Below are positions 17,759 through 26,108 of a DNA stretch of 34,239 nt, piece by piece. The notes below the pieces were generated by a model that was not told the origin of the DNA, did not search any database, and was given only the letters and a program-made list of their open reading frames with translations. Source of the stretch: a virus (lineage: Duplodnaviria > Caudoviricetes); IMG/VR virus record IMGVR_UViG_3300027819_000040, positions 1-34,239 of that record; one strand, given 5' to 3'. Position numbers and translations under genes: made by a program. The stretch's first letter is position 1. Every line of letters starts with the position of its first letter.

Positions 17759-18808
17759 CTAGACCGTCACGAGCGTGTCGACCACGTACGTCTTCTGCTC
17801 GTCGGGGAGCGCCAGCGCGTTCTGCTGCGCCTCGATGAGCAGCGTCTTGCCGTCGTTCTTCTCGCTGCGGAAGATCACGACGCCGTTCGCGAGCGACCGG
17901 TTGGCGCCCTGGAGGAAGTCGTACGCGCGCACGACCGGCGCGACGTGCGTGTTCCCGACGACGCCCGACTGCGGCTGGAAGGCGATCTTGCCCGCCGGCA
18001 CGTAGTTCGCCGACGCGTGGGCGCTGCCGCCGTCCGTCGGCGCGTGGTAGGTGCGCTCGTCGATGACCAGCGTCACCTCGGGGAAGCCCTCTTCGCGGAT
18101 GCGATCCTGTAGCGTCGAGAACGTCGGACGCAGGCCGTTCGGCCCGTCCGGCGCATCGGCGATGATCTCGCGCACGACGGCGCGGCGCGTGCGCACGGCG
18201 CCTATCGCGCCCATCTTCGTCTGCGCCGCCTGCAGCGCGATGAGGAAGTTGTCGTACGCGTCCTGCCCGGCGTCCGACCAGATCGTGCCGGCGGTGATGT
18301 ACGACGTCGCCGCATCGAAGCCGAGCGCGACCGTCACCGTGACGCCGGTCTTCGGGTCCATGACGGTGATCTGGCCGTTGAACCACGCCTCGAAGGCCTC
18401 GACCTCGAGCTGGCGCTCGCTGGCATCGGCGAGGCGCTGCGGCCACGTGTTCAGGTCGCCGATCACGCCGCGGCGAAGGAGTTCCTGCACGCCGCTCTCG
18501 CCAAAGAGCTGCAGCATGCGCTCGTCGATGTGGTGCGTCGGATTGATCGGCACCATCTCGAAGTTCTGCGCGGGGCCCAGCTTCTCCGGGATCTCGCGGC
18601 CCTGCGCGTTCCACTCGCGCCGCCCGCCGATGGGACGGAAGTCGACGGTGGTGATGCTGGACAGCTTGATGGAGTCGGTGGGGACGCGCGGGAAGATGGC
18701 GCGGTAGCGCAGGTCGAGCGGGTTCTCGGCCAACCGGGTGGCTTCACGGATGGTGAGGTTCGCCGGCGTCAGCGAGGCGATGGAGTCGAGGAAGCTGAAG
18801 AGTGCCAT
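17759..18808 (-). CDS. Major capsid protein (HK97 fold, lambda gpE-like)
   Basis: 349 aa after the decoration gene; E.EAFEAWFNGQI, V..GF, TWS-like (TIWSD) and LP motifs typical of the capsid E family. Confidence 0.88.
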   Translation of the reverse strand: MALFSFLDSIASLTPANLTIREATRLAENPLDLRYRAIFPRVPTDSIKLSSITTVDFRPIGGRREWNAQGREIPEKLGPAQNFEMVPINPTHHIDERMLQLFGESGVQELLRRGVIGDLNTWPQRLADASERQLEVEAFEAWFNGQITVMDPKTGVTVTVALGFDAATSYITAGTIWSDAGQDAYDNFLIALQAAQTKMGAIGAVRTRRAVVREIIADAPDGPNGLRPTFSTLQDRIREEGFPEVTLVIDERTYHAPTDGGSAHASANYVPAGKIAFQPQSGVVGNTHVAPVVRAYDFLQGANRSLANGVVIFRSEKNDGKTLLIEAQQNALALPDEQKTYVVDTLVTV

Positions 18809-18814
18809 GGTCGA

Positions 18815-19180
18815 TTACACCAGGTTGAAGCGCTTCGCCAGCGCGAGCGACGCCAGTTCGTTGGCGTCGAGCGCACGGCCGAGGTTGTCCTCGATCGCCT
18901 GCTTGTTGAGCGAGCCCGAGATGATGCAGTTGCCGAAGTGATCGGCGGCGCCGAGATGCACCGGCTCGGGGCCGATGACCCCGAAGACCACATCCGTCAG
19001 CCCGGTGCACGGGACGCCGGTCGCGAGGATCGGCAGTCCGACCGGCAGCGTGCCGTTGGCGTCATCGACGCCGGTGAGCTCTGAGACATCGAGCTTCACT
19101 TGGTGGACCTGACATTCACCGACGCGGATGTCGCTGTACGCGACCCCGGCGGCTGCGACCTGCGTAACCGAAATGGGCAT
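18815..19180 (-). CDS. Head decoration protein
   Basis: Start reassigned to MPISVTQ (GGAG SD); 121 aa, TLPVGLPI...FGVI; immediately upstream of the capsid gene. Confidence 0.75.
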   Translation of the reverse strand: MPISVTQVAAAGVAYSDIRVGECQVHQVKLDVSELTGVDDANGTLPVGLPILATGVPCTGLTDVVFGVIGPEPVHLGAADHFGNCIISGSLNKQAIEDNLGRALDANELASLALAKRFNLV

Positions 19181-19211
19181 GACCCTGCTCCGTGAAGGGG
19201 ATGAAAGCCGA

Positions 19212-19431
19212 ACCGGGGGGCCGCGCCCAGACGAGACGCCACGCGTGGCGTTCGTTGCTGAGTGCGACCCCCCGGCATCGCGCTGAGGGTGCCGTCGTTG
19301 GCGCATCGCGCGCCGACGGGGCGTTCTGTCTATGTCCGTGTGGCCTCGCGCCACACCCTGCGGTTCCTGCCTTGCGCGGCCTCGCGCCGCGTCCGTCTGC
19401 CTGCGGGTGCCAGACACATCGCGCGTCCGGC
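19212..19431 (-). ncRNA. Structured RNA element: five hairpins with GCGA(G/U) pentaloops plus a long GC-rich hairpin
   Basis: Loops start at 19277, 19305, 19345, 19381 and 19418; GCGCGAKG invariant while stems differ; long hairpin at 19213-19275. Confidence 0.65.
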
Positions 19432-19444
19432 CTGACTTCACCTA

Positions 19445-19761
19445 TGGAGCTGCGGGGAGTCGAACCCCGGTCCAGCGCAGCTATTCTTCACCGGTTCTAC
19501 GTGCGTAGACGGTTGCGCCGTCAGCGTCTTGCGGTCCTTCAGGGGTGCCGGTTCCCCGTCACCCTCCACCACTCACGCAGCCATCTGGACAGGCGTGAGA
19601 CTGTTCCTGCGGACCTGCATGGGCTGGCGCGCTGACCGAGCCGCCTTCCAACCGTCGAGCGAGACCGTCGATGAGTTCGCGGTTCTTGTGTGGGACTGTG
19701 AGCCCGTCCCTCTCTGCGCGCACCGGTGCATTTCACAACGCTGTCGAAACCAGTCAGCCCC
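19445..19761 (-). ncRNA. ssrA: Phage-encoded tmRNA, 317 nt, CCA not encoded
   Basis: 5' GGGGCTGACTGGTTTCGAC and 3' GGACCGGGGTTCGACTCCCCGCAGCTCCA; 7-bp acceptor stem with G3:U and discriminator A; T-arm; internal reading frame AN...MAA*. Confidence 0.93.
19573..19680 (-). other. tmRNA tag reading frame ANSSTVSLDGWKAARSARQPMQVRRNSLTPVQMAA*
   Basis: GCG AAC resume-like codons at nt 82 of the RNA; ends Ala-Ala; stop lies in the CTCACGC/GCGTGAG helix; resume codon is inferred. Confidence 0.7.
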
Positions 19762-19776
19762 CAACCCTTCGTTTCC

Positions 19777-20475
19777 CTACTTGAACGCCAGCGCGTTCTG
19801 CTCTTTCCCCTGCTTCTGCACGGCCGCGGCGGCCTTGCCCGCGGCGACGGGATCGTATGCGGAGCCACTGCCACCACCACCGAGATCCGGATCCGCGCCC
19901 GATCCACCGGCATCGGCGCCGCCATAGTAGAACGGCGCTTCGGTCTTGTACGTCTTCGACAGGAAGTCCTCGATCGCCTCCGACGTGACGTTGCCCGCCG
20001 CGTCCTTGACCACGATCGTCTTGTTGTCGTCGGCCAGATCCGTGCGGATCATCAGATCCAGCATCGCCTTCGGCAGGCGCTTCTCGAGAATGCCATGCTT
20101 CAGCGCGAGCGCAGACACCTTGTCCTGATGCTGCAGCTTGCGATTCTCGGCCTTCAGCTTCGCGTTCTCGTCCTCGAGTGGCTTGCGCGCCTTCGCCTCG
20201 TCGTCCTTGATCTTCTGCAGCTCCGTGGCCGAGATGCCCTTCGCTGCGGCGTCCGCCGCCCGCTTGAGATCGTCGCGTTCCCGCTCAGCCGCATCGGCCC
20301 GTTCCTTCTCCGCCTTGCGCGCCGTGCGCTCCTTCTCCAGGGCGGCCTTGCCGGCATCGCCGAGCGCCGGGTCGGCGGCCTGCGCCTTCGGATGGTACTT
20401 GCCGTCCTTCAGCTCGTATTCAGAGCGGAAGGCCTCTGGGATCGCGTCCTGCGTATCAAAGACGGGCAGCGGCAT
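19777..20475 (-). CDS. Capsid scaffolding protein
   Basis: Start MPLPVFD; IPEAFRSEYELKDGKY, ALEKERTARK coiled coil, APFYY plus Gly-rich tail. Confidence 0.85.
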   Translation of the reverse strand: MPLPVFDTQDAIPEAFRSEYELKDGKYHPKAQAADPALGDAGKAALEKERTARKAEKERADAAERERDDLKRAADAAAKGISATELQKIKDDEAKARKPLEDENAKLKAENRKLQHQDKVSALALKHGILEKRLPKAMLDLMIRTDLADDNKTIVVKDAAGNVTSEAIEDFLSKTYKTEAPFYYGGADAGGSGADPDLGGGGSGSAYDPVAAGKAAAAVQKQGKEQNALAFK

Positions 20476-20524
20476 CGGACCTCTCGTGGGACTGTGGAGT
20501 GCGTGCGGGCTCTCTACCGTCAGT

Positions 20525-20580
20525 AGTGTACAAGGCCTCGGCGCGGGTAGCAGAACGAATGACTGTAAGTTTTTCCAAAC
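20525..20580 (-). promoter_or_regulatory. Putative late promoter upstream of the scaffold, motif copy 3
   Basis: GGAAAAACTTACAGTCATTC; -10 TACACT 32 nt after TTACAG. Confidence 0.65.
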
Positions 20581-20605
20581 GGGGCCAGATTCTGCCTTCT
20601 GGACA

Positions 20606-20637
20606 GCGAAACGCCCCATCCGAAGTGGACGGGGCGT
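20606..20637 (-). terminator. Probable intrinsic terminator
   Basis: 11-bp stem ACGCCCCGUCC/GGAUGGGGCGU with a short U-rich tail, downstream of the 20692-21045 gene. Confidence 0.55.
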
Positions 20638-20691
20638 CTGTGGGTCCTCTCACTCAGCACGACCGGAGGACCTGGCGCGGTCGCGGCGTCG

Positions 20692-21045
20692 TTACAATCG
20701 CAATCGGAATCCGAGCGCGTCTTCCACGGTGACGTTTGTCAGTGTAGGTCGGTTGCGTACGGCCCCATGCACGGCGGTCATCGCATGATCCGCACCGGCA
20801 TGGAGCGTCCAGGGCACCGATCGCTCAATCGAAGTGGCCACGACGAACGTCGCTGGCGCCGGCGCAGGGTCGCTGCGCTCGATCGCCACCTCCGACGTCA
20901 TGCTGGGCATGGCCGTGTGAAGGATCGGCGTGGAATGGTCGGCGCCGATGCCGAACTGAACCGGCCCCGCACGATTCGCCGGCAAGACCGCCAGGCAGCC
21001 GAGGATGAAGACGGCCAGCGCCATCAGTCGCATGAACACCCGCAT
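20692..21045 (-). CDS. Small exported or membrane protein (moron-like)
   Basis: GGAGG SD; signal-peptide-like N-terminus MRVFMRLMALAVFILGCLAVLPA; own promoter and terminator. Confidence 0.6.
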   Translation of the reverse strand: MRVFMRLMALAVFILGCLAVLPANRAGPVQFGIGADHSTPILHTAMPSMTSEVAIERSDPAPAPATFVVATSIERSVPWTLHAGADHAMTAVHGAVRNRPTLTNVTVEDALGFRLRL

Positions 21046-21092
21046 AGTGCGCCCTCCGTGAGTGTGGGTTCGCCTGCTCTGCTGACACGCGC

Positions 21093-21148
21093 ACGATAGG
21101 ATGCGCCGTCGTGGATGTCGAACCGGATGGCTGTAAGTTCTTCCGGCG
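21093..21148 (-). promoter_or_regulatory. Putative promoter, motif copy 2
   Basis: GGAAGAACTTACAGCCATCC, then TCGACA-17 nt-TATCGT. Confidence 0.7.
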
Positions 21149-21163
21149 CGTGCACGAGCAGCG

Positions 21164-22126
21164 CTACACACCAGCTCGTGAGACGAAGTACCGGTCGAGG
21201 CACCGACAATTCCAATCGCCCTCGCCGGCGCGCATCTGCCCGTTGCTGTACGGCTGGTCCGCCGGGACGATCTCGTTGTTCATCGCCAGATGCTCCTCTC
21301 GCTCGCGCTCATCGCCGATGCCGATCCACTGCTTCATCACCTGAAAGCCGTCGGGGATCACGCCCTTGTCCTTGGCATCATCCCACGCTATGGACTGCCC
21401 CTGCTTGAACGCATCGACGGTCAACTGTCGGCTGACGGTGACCGCGTTGTTCTCGATGGTCGCGTCCCGGTAGAGCGCCACGATCTTGTCGATGCGCGCC
21501 TCGCGCTCGGCCGGGGAGAGCTTTTCGAGCGCGCGCAGGCTGAATCGTTGGTCGAGGAGCGCACGCTGCGAGGCGGCGGCGAGCCGTCCTGTCGTCAGTT
21601 CCTCACGCAGGTTCGCCACGTAGTCCACCGCATGCGGCGGCAGGCCGATGGCGGCCTTGATCTCACGCACCGCCGAGCCCGATCCCAGCTTCTCGCGCAA
21701 GCTCTGCTCGACGAGGAGGCGCACGGTCTCCCGCACATCTGACTGGATCGTCTCCAGCGCGCTGGTCTCGATCGTGCGAATGGCCGTGATCACATTGGGT
21801 GAGAGATGGTCGAACGTCACCGCCAGAACGCCATCCACCTTGCCGCCGTTCGGCAGGTCGCGCGTGTGATAACGCACCGCATCGGCGAGGTTCTCCCGCA
21901 CCTGGGTGCGCACGGGAGAGAACGCGCGGTCGAACACCTCTGGCGTGAGGGCGGCCTGAATCGCGCCCACGACATCGCGACGCGCGATGATGCGCGCCAG
22001 TTCCGCCTCGGGGAGCGCGCGCCGCAGGATCTCGAACGCCAGCAACGTCGCGCGCGCGAGGTCGTTACTGCGCACCGCCACACGGCGGTTCACGCGCGCC
22101 CAGAACCGGAGTTGTGCGGCAGTCAT
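21164..22126 (-). CDS. Minor head morphogenesis protein (Mu gpF / SPP1 gp7-like)
   Basis: C-terminal KQW...DERERE.H..MN...NCRC motif. Confidence 0.85.
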   Translation of the reverse strand: MTAAQLRFWARVNRRVAVRSNDLARATLLAFEILRRALPEAELARIIARRDVVGAIQAALTPEVFDRAFSPVRTQVRENLADAVRYHTRDLPNGGKVDGVLAVTFDHLSPNVITAIRTIETSALETIQSDVRETVRLLVEQSLREKLGSGSAVREIKAAIGLPPHAVDYVANLREELTTGRLAAASQRALLDQRFSLRALEKLSPAEREARIDKIVALYRDATIENNAVTVSRQLTVDAFKQGQSIAWDDAKDKGVIPDGFQVMKQWIGIGDEREREEHLAMNNEIVPADQPYSNGQMRAGEGDWNCRCLDRYFVSRAGV

Positions 22127-22587
22127 GTGGCGGCCCTCTCCTCGATCTGAGGCTCGTCATCGAAACAGAGCGTGTCCACTCCGTTGCCGCACGAGCTGGT
22201 GAACTTCGCGGCCAACGCAACGGCTTCGGCTGCATTCAGGCCAAGGTGCATCCCCGCGATGGCGAAGTCCCGGCCCGAGCCTTCGGCGAACTGCTTCTCC
22301 TCGACCGTCACGCCGTAGCCGTTCGACTCAATGCGCTCGATCCGGCCTCCTCGGTGGATGATGAGCAGGTAGGTCGCGTCGTCCTTATCCTGCTTCGGAT
22401 GCCGCTGCGGGTCTTTCCCGCTCCTCACCCAGTCCACGAGTTCCAACCCACGGCACAGCTCGCCGTGCACGCCGACGAGCATGTCCGGCCCGACCCGGAA
22501 GAGCTTGGTGCACGTGAAGTTCAGCCCGTAGGTGGTGCCGCGCTTGTCGGCGGCGAGGGTCTTGCCATCCCATGCGAGGACCGTCAT
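22123..22587 (-). CDS. HslV / proteasome-beta-like Ntn threonine peptidase
   Basis: N-terminal (M)TVLAWDG..LAADKRGT, conserved K in TKLFR, GSGRDFA..., A.EAV..A.K; start reassigned to put Thr first. Confidence 0.8.
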   Translation of the reverse strand: MTVLAWDGKTLAADKRGTTYGLNFTCTKLFRVGPDMLVGVHGELCRGLELVDWVRSGKDPQRHPKQDKDDATYLLIIHRGGRIERIESNGYGVTVEEKQFAEGSGRDFAIAGMHLGLNAAEAVALAAKFTSSCGNGVDTLCFDDEPQIEERAAT

Positions 22588-22607
22588 CGCGTCACTTCGC
22601 CAGTCGC

Positions 22608-22997
22608 TTAGCACTCATGCGTGCCGCCAGCGGTCACGTATCCGTGCCACTCACATCCGCCGATGAGTTTTACCGAGCACTGCCCCGGTCCGCAGAACGT
22701 GAGATCGTCGAGGCTCGTGGAGCCTTCGCTGATGAACCAGCGCCCCGGCCCCGGATTGATGTCATTCGGTACGGTCGGTGCATGACGCGGGTTCGCGAAC
22801 CAGCACAGCACGTAGTGCGCGCCCATGACCTTGCCGTCCTCGCTGCGCGGCTTCCCTTCTGCGCATTTCGGACACTGGAATTGCACGCCCTGTGCCTCGT
22901 CGATGCTCTCGACGTGTCGGTAGCCTTCATACTCGTGCTCGGCGTCCTTGCCGTGCCAGCCGCCTACGAAGTGACCATCCAGTTCACGAAGTCGCAT
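22608..22997 (-). CDS. Cys/His-rich hypothetical protein (DUF6527-like)
   Basis: FQCPKC...H...W...LTF..SV...C.WHGYV pattern; TGATG overlap with the portal stop. Confidence 0.6.
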   Translation of the reverse strand: MRLRELDGHFVGGWHGKDAEHEYEGYRHVESIDEAQGVQFQCPKCAEGKPRSEDGKVMGAHYVLCWFANPRHAPTVPNDINPGPGRWFISEGSTSLDDLTFCGPGQCSVKLIGGCEWHGYVTAGGTHEC

Positions 22998-24622
22998 CAG
23001 GCGGTTCCTCCCTGCTGGGCAGCGGCCTGCCCGACGGCCCGACCCTCCGCGGCGAGACGATCCGCCTCCACGCGCGCGTCCACGCGCTTCTTCAGCTCGA
23101 TCTCGGCGAGCCGATCCTCCCACTCGTCCACGATCTGCTGCGGGTCCACGTCAGGATCCACGCGACCACCAGCCTGGAGGGCCTTCACGATGTGGATCTT
23201 CGGGAAGCCCTCTGCCGAGAGCGCCGCGTAGGCCGACATGGTCTGCGCGTCGAGCGTCAGCTTCTCGAACTCGTTGTTGATCGTCACCGTGCCAGCGGTC
23301 TGCTTGATGTACTGCCCAGCGAACCCGAAGGCCGACTCGAGGCAGTCCTTGAGCGCGCGGCCCACGGTGATGATCGACGCGCGCTGCGCGGTGTTGTCCG
23401 CGCGGTTCGCCGTCGCCGTCTCGGCCGCGCGCGGATCTGGGGCGAGGAAGTTCATGCCCATCGCTCCCATCTCGGCCTTGCACGTCTCCAGCGACTTCAT
23501 GCCGGGCTCGAGCACGTCAACCGGCGGCGAGGTCCAGTAGATCGGTTCCGCAACGCCAGGCATCGCCGGTGCCTCAATCGTATCGCCGGGACCGAGCGTG
23601 ATCTGCGGGTACACCCCGTTCTGGTCGGGCTGCGCACCGATACGCACGAGGGTCGGAATGAAGGCGCGCTCCTCGAGGCTCAGCACACCCGTCTGGATGC
23701 GGTGATGGGTCAGGTTGAGTTCGGCCAGGTCCATGAGCGGCGGCACGAACTCCCCCGGCTTGATCTCCTCGCCAACCGCCATCGGCGACCACGGAATGGC
23801 GGTCAGGTTGCGCATCACCGTCGGGCCTTCGGTGATGGCTACAGACCCGTTGGTTTCCGTCCACAGCTCGTAGGTCACCTTCGACGCGTTCAGCGTGTAC
23901 ACGCGATAGCGCGTGACCGAGGCGAAGCCGAACCGACCCACGCGCTCCGTCGCCGTCTCTCGGATCACCAGCATGACCAGCGTCTTCCTTCCGTTCACGC
24001 TCTGGTAGAGCGGCAGCACGACGTTGTCGCTCTTCACGAGGATGAAGTAGGGGCGCAATCCCAGCGCCTCCTCGTCCGCCGCATCCAGCGTTTCGCCCTT
24101 TGCCACGGCCTCTCGCGCGGCCAGCGAGGCCTTGGAGAAGTCGACGTTGGTGAGCGTCACACGCGGGTACTCCGTCAGGATGCCGGCGAGGCCGTCCACC
24201 GTTCCCGCGGTCGCGAGATGCTTGGCGAACACATCACCGTGGGTCCCGATCGCATCGACGTTTTCCCAGAGCGTCACGAGTGCCGCCGGCATGTCCTTGC
24301 CGAGCACGGGCGGCGATTGGAGCAGGAGCCCAACGCTCGCGCGCACCGTCGCCTTGTACCCGTTGAACAAGGCGGCGATCGTGCGTCGCGCATCGTAGCG
24401 CGTGGTGCCCTCGCCGGGGTACGTCGGCAGATACTCGGTCCCGCCGCGGCGGATCGCCTCGACCCCTTCCATCAGGTCGCGACACTTCTTCGACCTGGCC
24501 TTCATGCGCTTATAGGCCTCCGTCTCGACATTCGGCGTGTCAGAGCTGACGGCGGCGGCATCATTGGCGTTCGCTGCCACAGCAGCATCGGCGGCGGTAC
24601 GTTCCCCGGAGGCGGTTGGCAT
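22997..24622 (-). CDS. Portal protein (DUF4055 / SPP1-like)
   Basis: 541 aa after TerL; YLP...E...Y..R, PPLMDLAELNL.H and ETAT motifs. Confidence 0.9.
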   Translation of the reverse strand: MPTASGERTAADAAVAANANDAAAVSSDTPNVETEAYKRMKARSKKCRDLMEGVEAIRRGGTEYLPTYPGEGTTRYDARRTIAALFNGYKATVRASVGLLLQSPPVLGKDMPAALVTLWENVDAIGTHGDVFAKHLATAGTVDGLAGILTEYPRVTLTNVDFSKASLAAREAVAKGETLDAADEEALGLRPYFILVKSDNVVLPLYQSVNGRKTLVMLVIRETATERVGRFGFASVTRYRVYTLNASKVTYELWTETNGSVAITEGPTVMRNLTAIPWSPMAVGEEIKPGEFVPPLMDLAELNLTHHRIQTGVLSLEERAFIPTLVRIGAQPDQNGVYPQITLGPGDTIEAPAMPGVAEPIYWTSPPVDVLEPGMKSLETCKAEMGAMGMNFLAPDPRAAETATANRADNTAQRASIITVGRALKDCLESAFGFAGQYIKQTAGTVTINNEFEKLTLDAQTMSAYAALSAEGFPKIHIVKALQAGGRVDPDVDPQQIVDEWEDRLAEIELKKRVDARVEADRLAAEGRAVGQAAAQQGGTA

Positions 24623-24628
24623 GGTGAC

Positions 24629-26083
24629 CTAGAGGTTGTGAGTGGAGGAGCCCCACTGGCCCATCGGGACTGAGAGCTTTGCATCAGCACCCGCGGCGGC
24701 GTCGATCTGGTCGTCGTGAGTGCCGTTCGGGAAGTCGGCAGCTTCGGAACGGAACGGGTCGAGCCAAGTGTTGATTGGTGCACCGTCTGCGCGTCTCCCG
24801 CCCGTGCAGAGGACCGCGTTTCCGGCCTCCGCTTTCGATGCCAGGGGCTCGGCGCGCAGCGTCTTGTTTCCCGTCGGATGTTCGGTGTGCACGGTCATGC
24901 CGATGGCCTGCAGCCGTCGGACGATCTGCGCGGTGCGTTCCTCGCCGGCGATCCCCGCCTCTTTTTCGATCCACCACTGCACGCGATTACCGTATGCGGC
25001 GCGGTCAGCGCGACAGATCAATTCCAGCTCGGCATCGCGCGCGGCCACGCTTTTGCGGAATCGGGCGATGTCCACGAACGCGGTGCGCTGGTCCGGCATC
25101 CGACACCCCAGCGCGCCACAGGAATAGTCCGGATCGTGACGGCCTCCGCGCGGCTCGGTGCCCGCGAGGTCCCAGTACCGAACCATTGGGCCAGTCGCCG
25201 GCACGGCATCGAGGAGCTGCCACCATGCCCACTTGAACATTCCGCCTTCGCGCGGGCGCGGACGACCCTGCAACAGCGAGGCGAATCCGTAGGCTCCCAA
25301 CTCCTCCCGCTTCTCCGCCAGCCACTCGGCGCCGCGCAGTTCGGGCCACAGCGGTTGACCGAGCGCGCGGCCGAGCGGGTCGTTCGCTTCCGCCTCAGCC
25401 GGGAGATCGAGGATCGTCCATCGTGCAGACTGCTGGTCCATGAGGCGACCGGCGGGATCGTCCATGTGCCACCGGCTCATGGTCACGATGACGGCCGTGT
25501 GCGGCTCGCAGCGCGCGAGGATGTCGTTGGTCAGCCAGTCCCACACGCGGTCGCGCTTCGCCGGACTCTCCGCGTCATCGCGCGAACCGATGGGGTCGTC
25601 GATGAGGATAATGTCCGCGTTGACCGAGGCAACACCGGCACCGGCGCCCACGGCCCTGACGCCGCCACCAGCGGCCGTTTCCCACTCGCCCGCCGTGTCG
25701 CGATCGGTGCTGAGCTCCACGCGACCACGCGCGCGCACGGCGCGCCGGATCTCGCGGCTGAACTTCTGGGCCTGCTTTTCGCTGTAGCTACCCAGCAGGA
25801 TGCGCGTCCGTGGGTCGCGCTCGGTCCGGTAGACCGCATAGCCGACAGTGTTGTGCTCCGTCTTGCCGTGGCGAATCGGGATCTGAAAGTAGACGCGCTT
25901 CCGCGTTCCCGCCGTCACCGCATCGAGCTTCTCCTGCATGGCCACGAAGTGCGCGTAGTCCCACCGGAACTCCGGGCGCGTCTCGGCCATCCACGCGCCG
26001 AACCGGTCTGGCGAGACCCACGCAGCGCTGGCAAGCGGCGTGATGGGGCCGAAGTGAAACGGACCCGTGTCGAGCGGGTTCAT
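24629..26083 (-). CDS. terL: Terminase large subunit
   Basis: Walker A IPIRHGKT, Walker B ILIDDP, nuclease YWDLA and FP.G.HDDQIDA; exact start uncertain. Confidence 0.95.
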   Translation of the reverse strand: MNPLDTGPFHFGPITPLASAAWVSPDRFGAWMAETRPEFRWDYAHFVAMQEKLDAVTAGTRKRVYFQIPIRHGKTEHNTVGYAVYRTERDPRTRILLGSYSEKQAQKFSREIRRAVRARGRVELSTDRDTAGEWETAAGGGVRAVGAGAGVASVNADIILIDDPIGSRDDAESPAKRDRVWDWLTNDILARCEPHTAVIVTMSRWHMDDPAGRLMDQQSARWTILDLPAEAEANDPLGRALGQPLWPELRGAEWLAEKREELGAYGFASLLQGRPRPREGGMFKWAWWQLLDAVPATGPMVRYWDLAGTEPRGGRHDPDYSCGALGCRMPDQRTAFVDIARFRKSVAARDAELELICRADRAAYGNRVQWWIEKEAGIAGEERTAQIVRRLQAIGMTVHTEHPTGNKTLRAEPLASKAEAGNAVLCTGGRRADGAPINTWLDPFRSEAADFPNGTHDDQIDAAAGADAKLSVPMGQWGSSTHNL

Positions 26084-26108
26084 CCAGGCGCGAAGGTCCG
26101 CCCGCGCG

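Noticed and set aside
19267-19431. Hairpin array as a CRISPR mini-array
   Set aside because: The period is only 28-40 nt, just 8 nt are invariant, stems vary and no cas genes are present
18815-19441. 208-aa version of the decoration ORF
   Set aside because: The N-terminal extension is low-complexity translation of the hairpin array; a good SD precedes ATG 19180
19445-19480. tRNA-Ala gene or attachment-site fragment
   Set aside because: The matching 5' acceptor strand is 317 nt away with a tag frame between, so it is a whole tmRNA; phage head genes continue on both sides, with no integrase or duplicated 3' end
19573-19764. 63-aa ORF as an independent gene
   Set aside because: It lies within the tmRNA; only its 3' part is meaningful, as the tag frame
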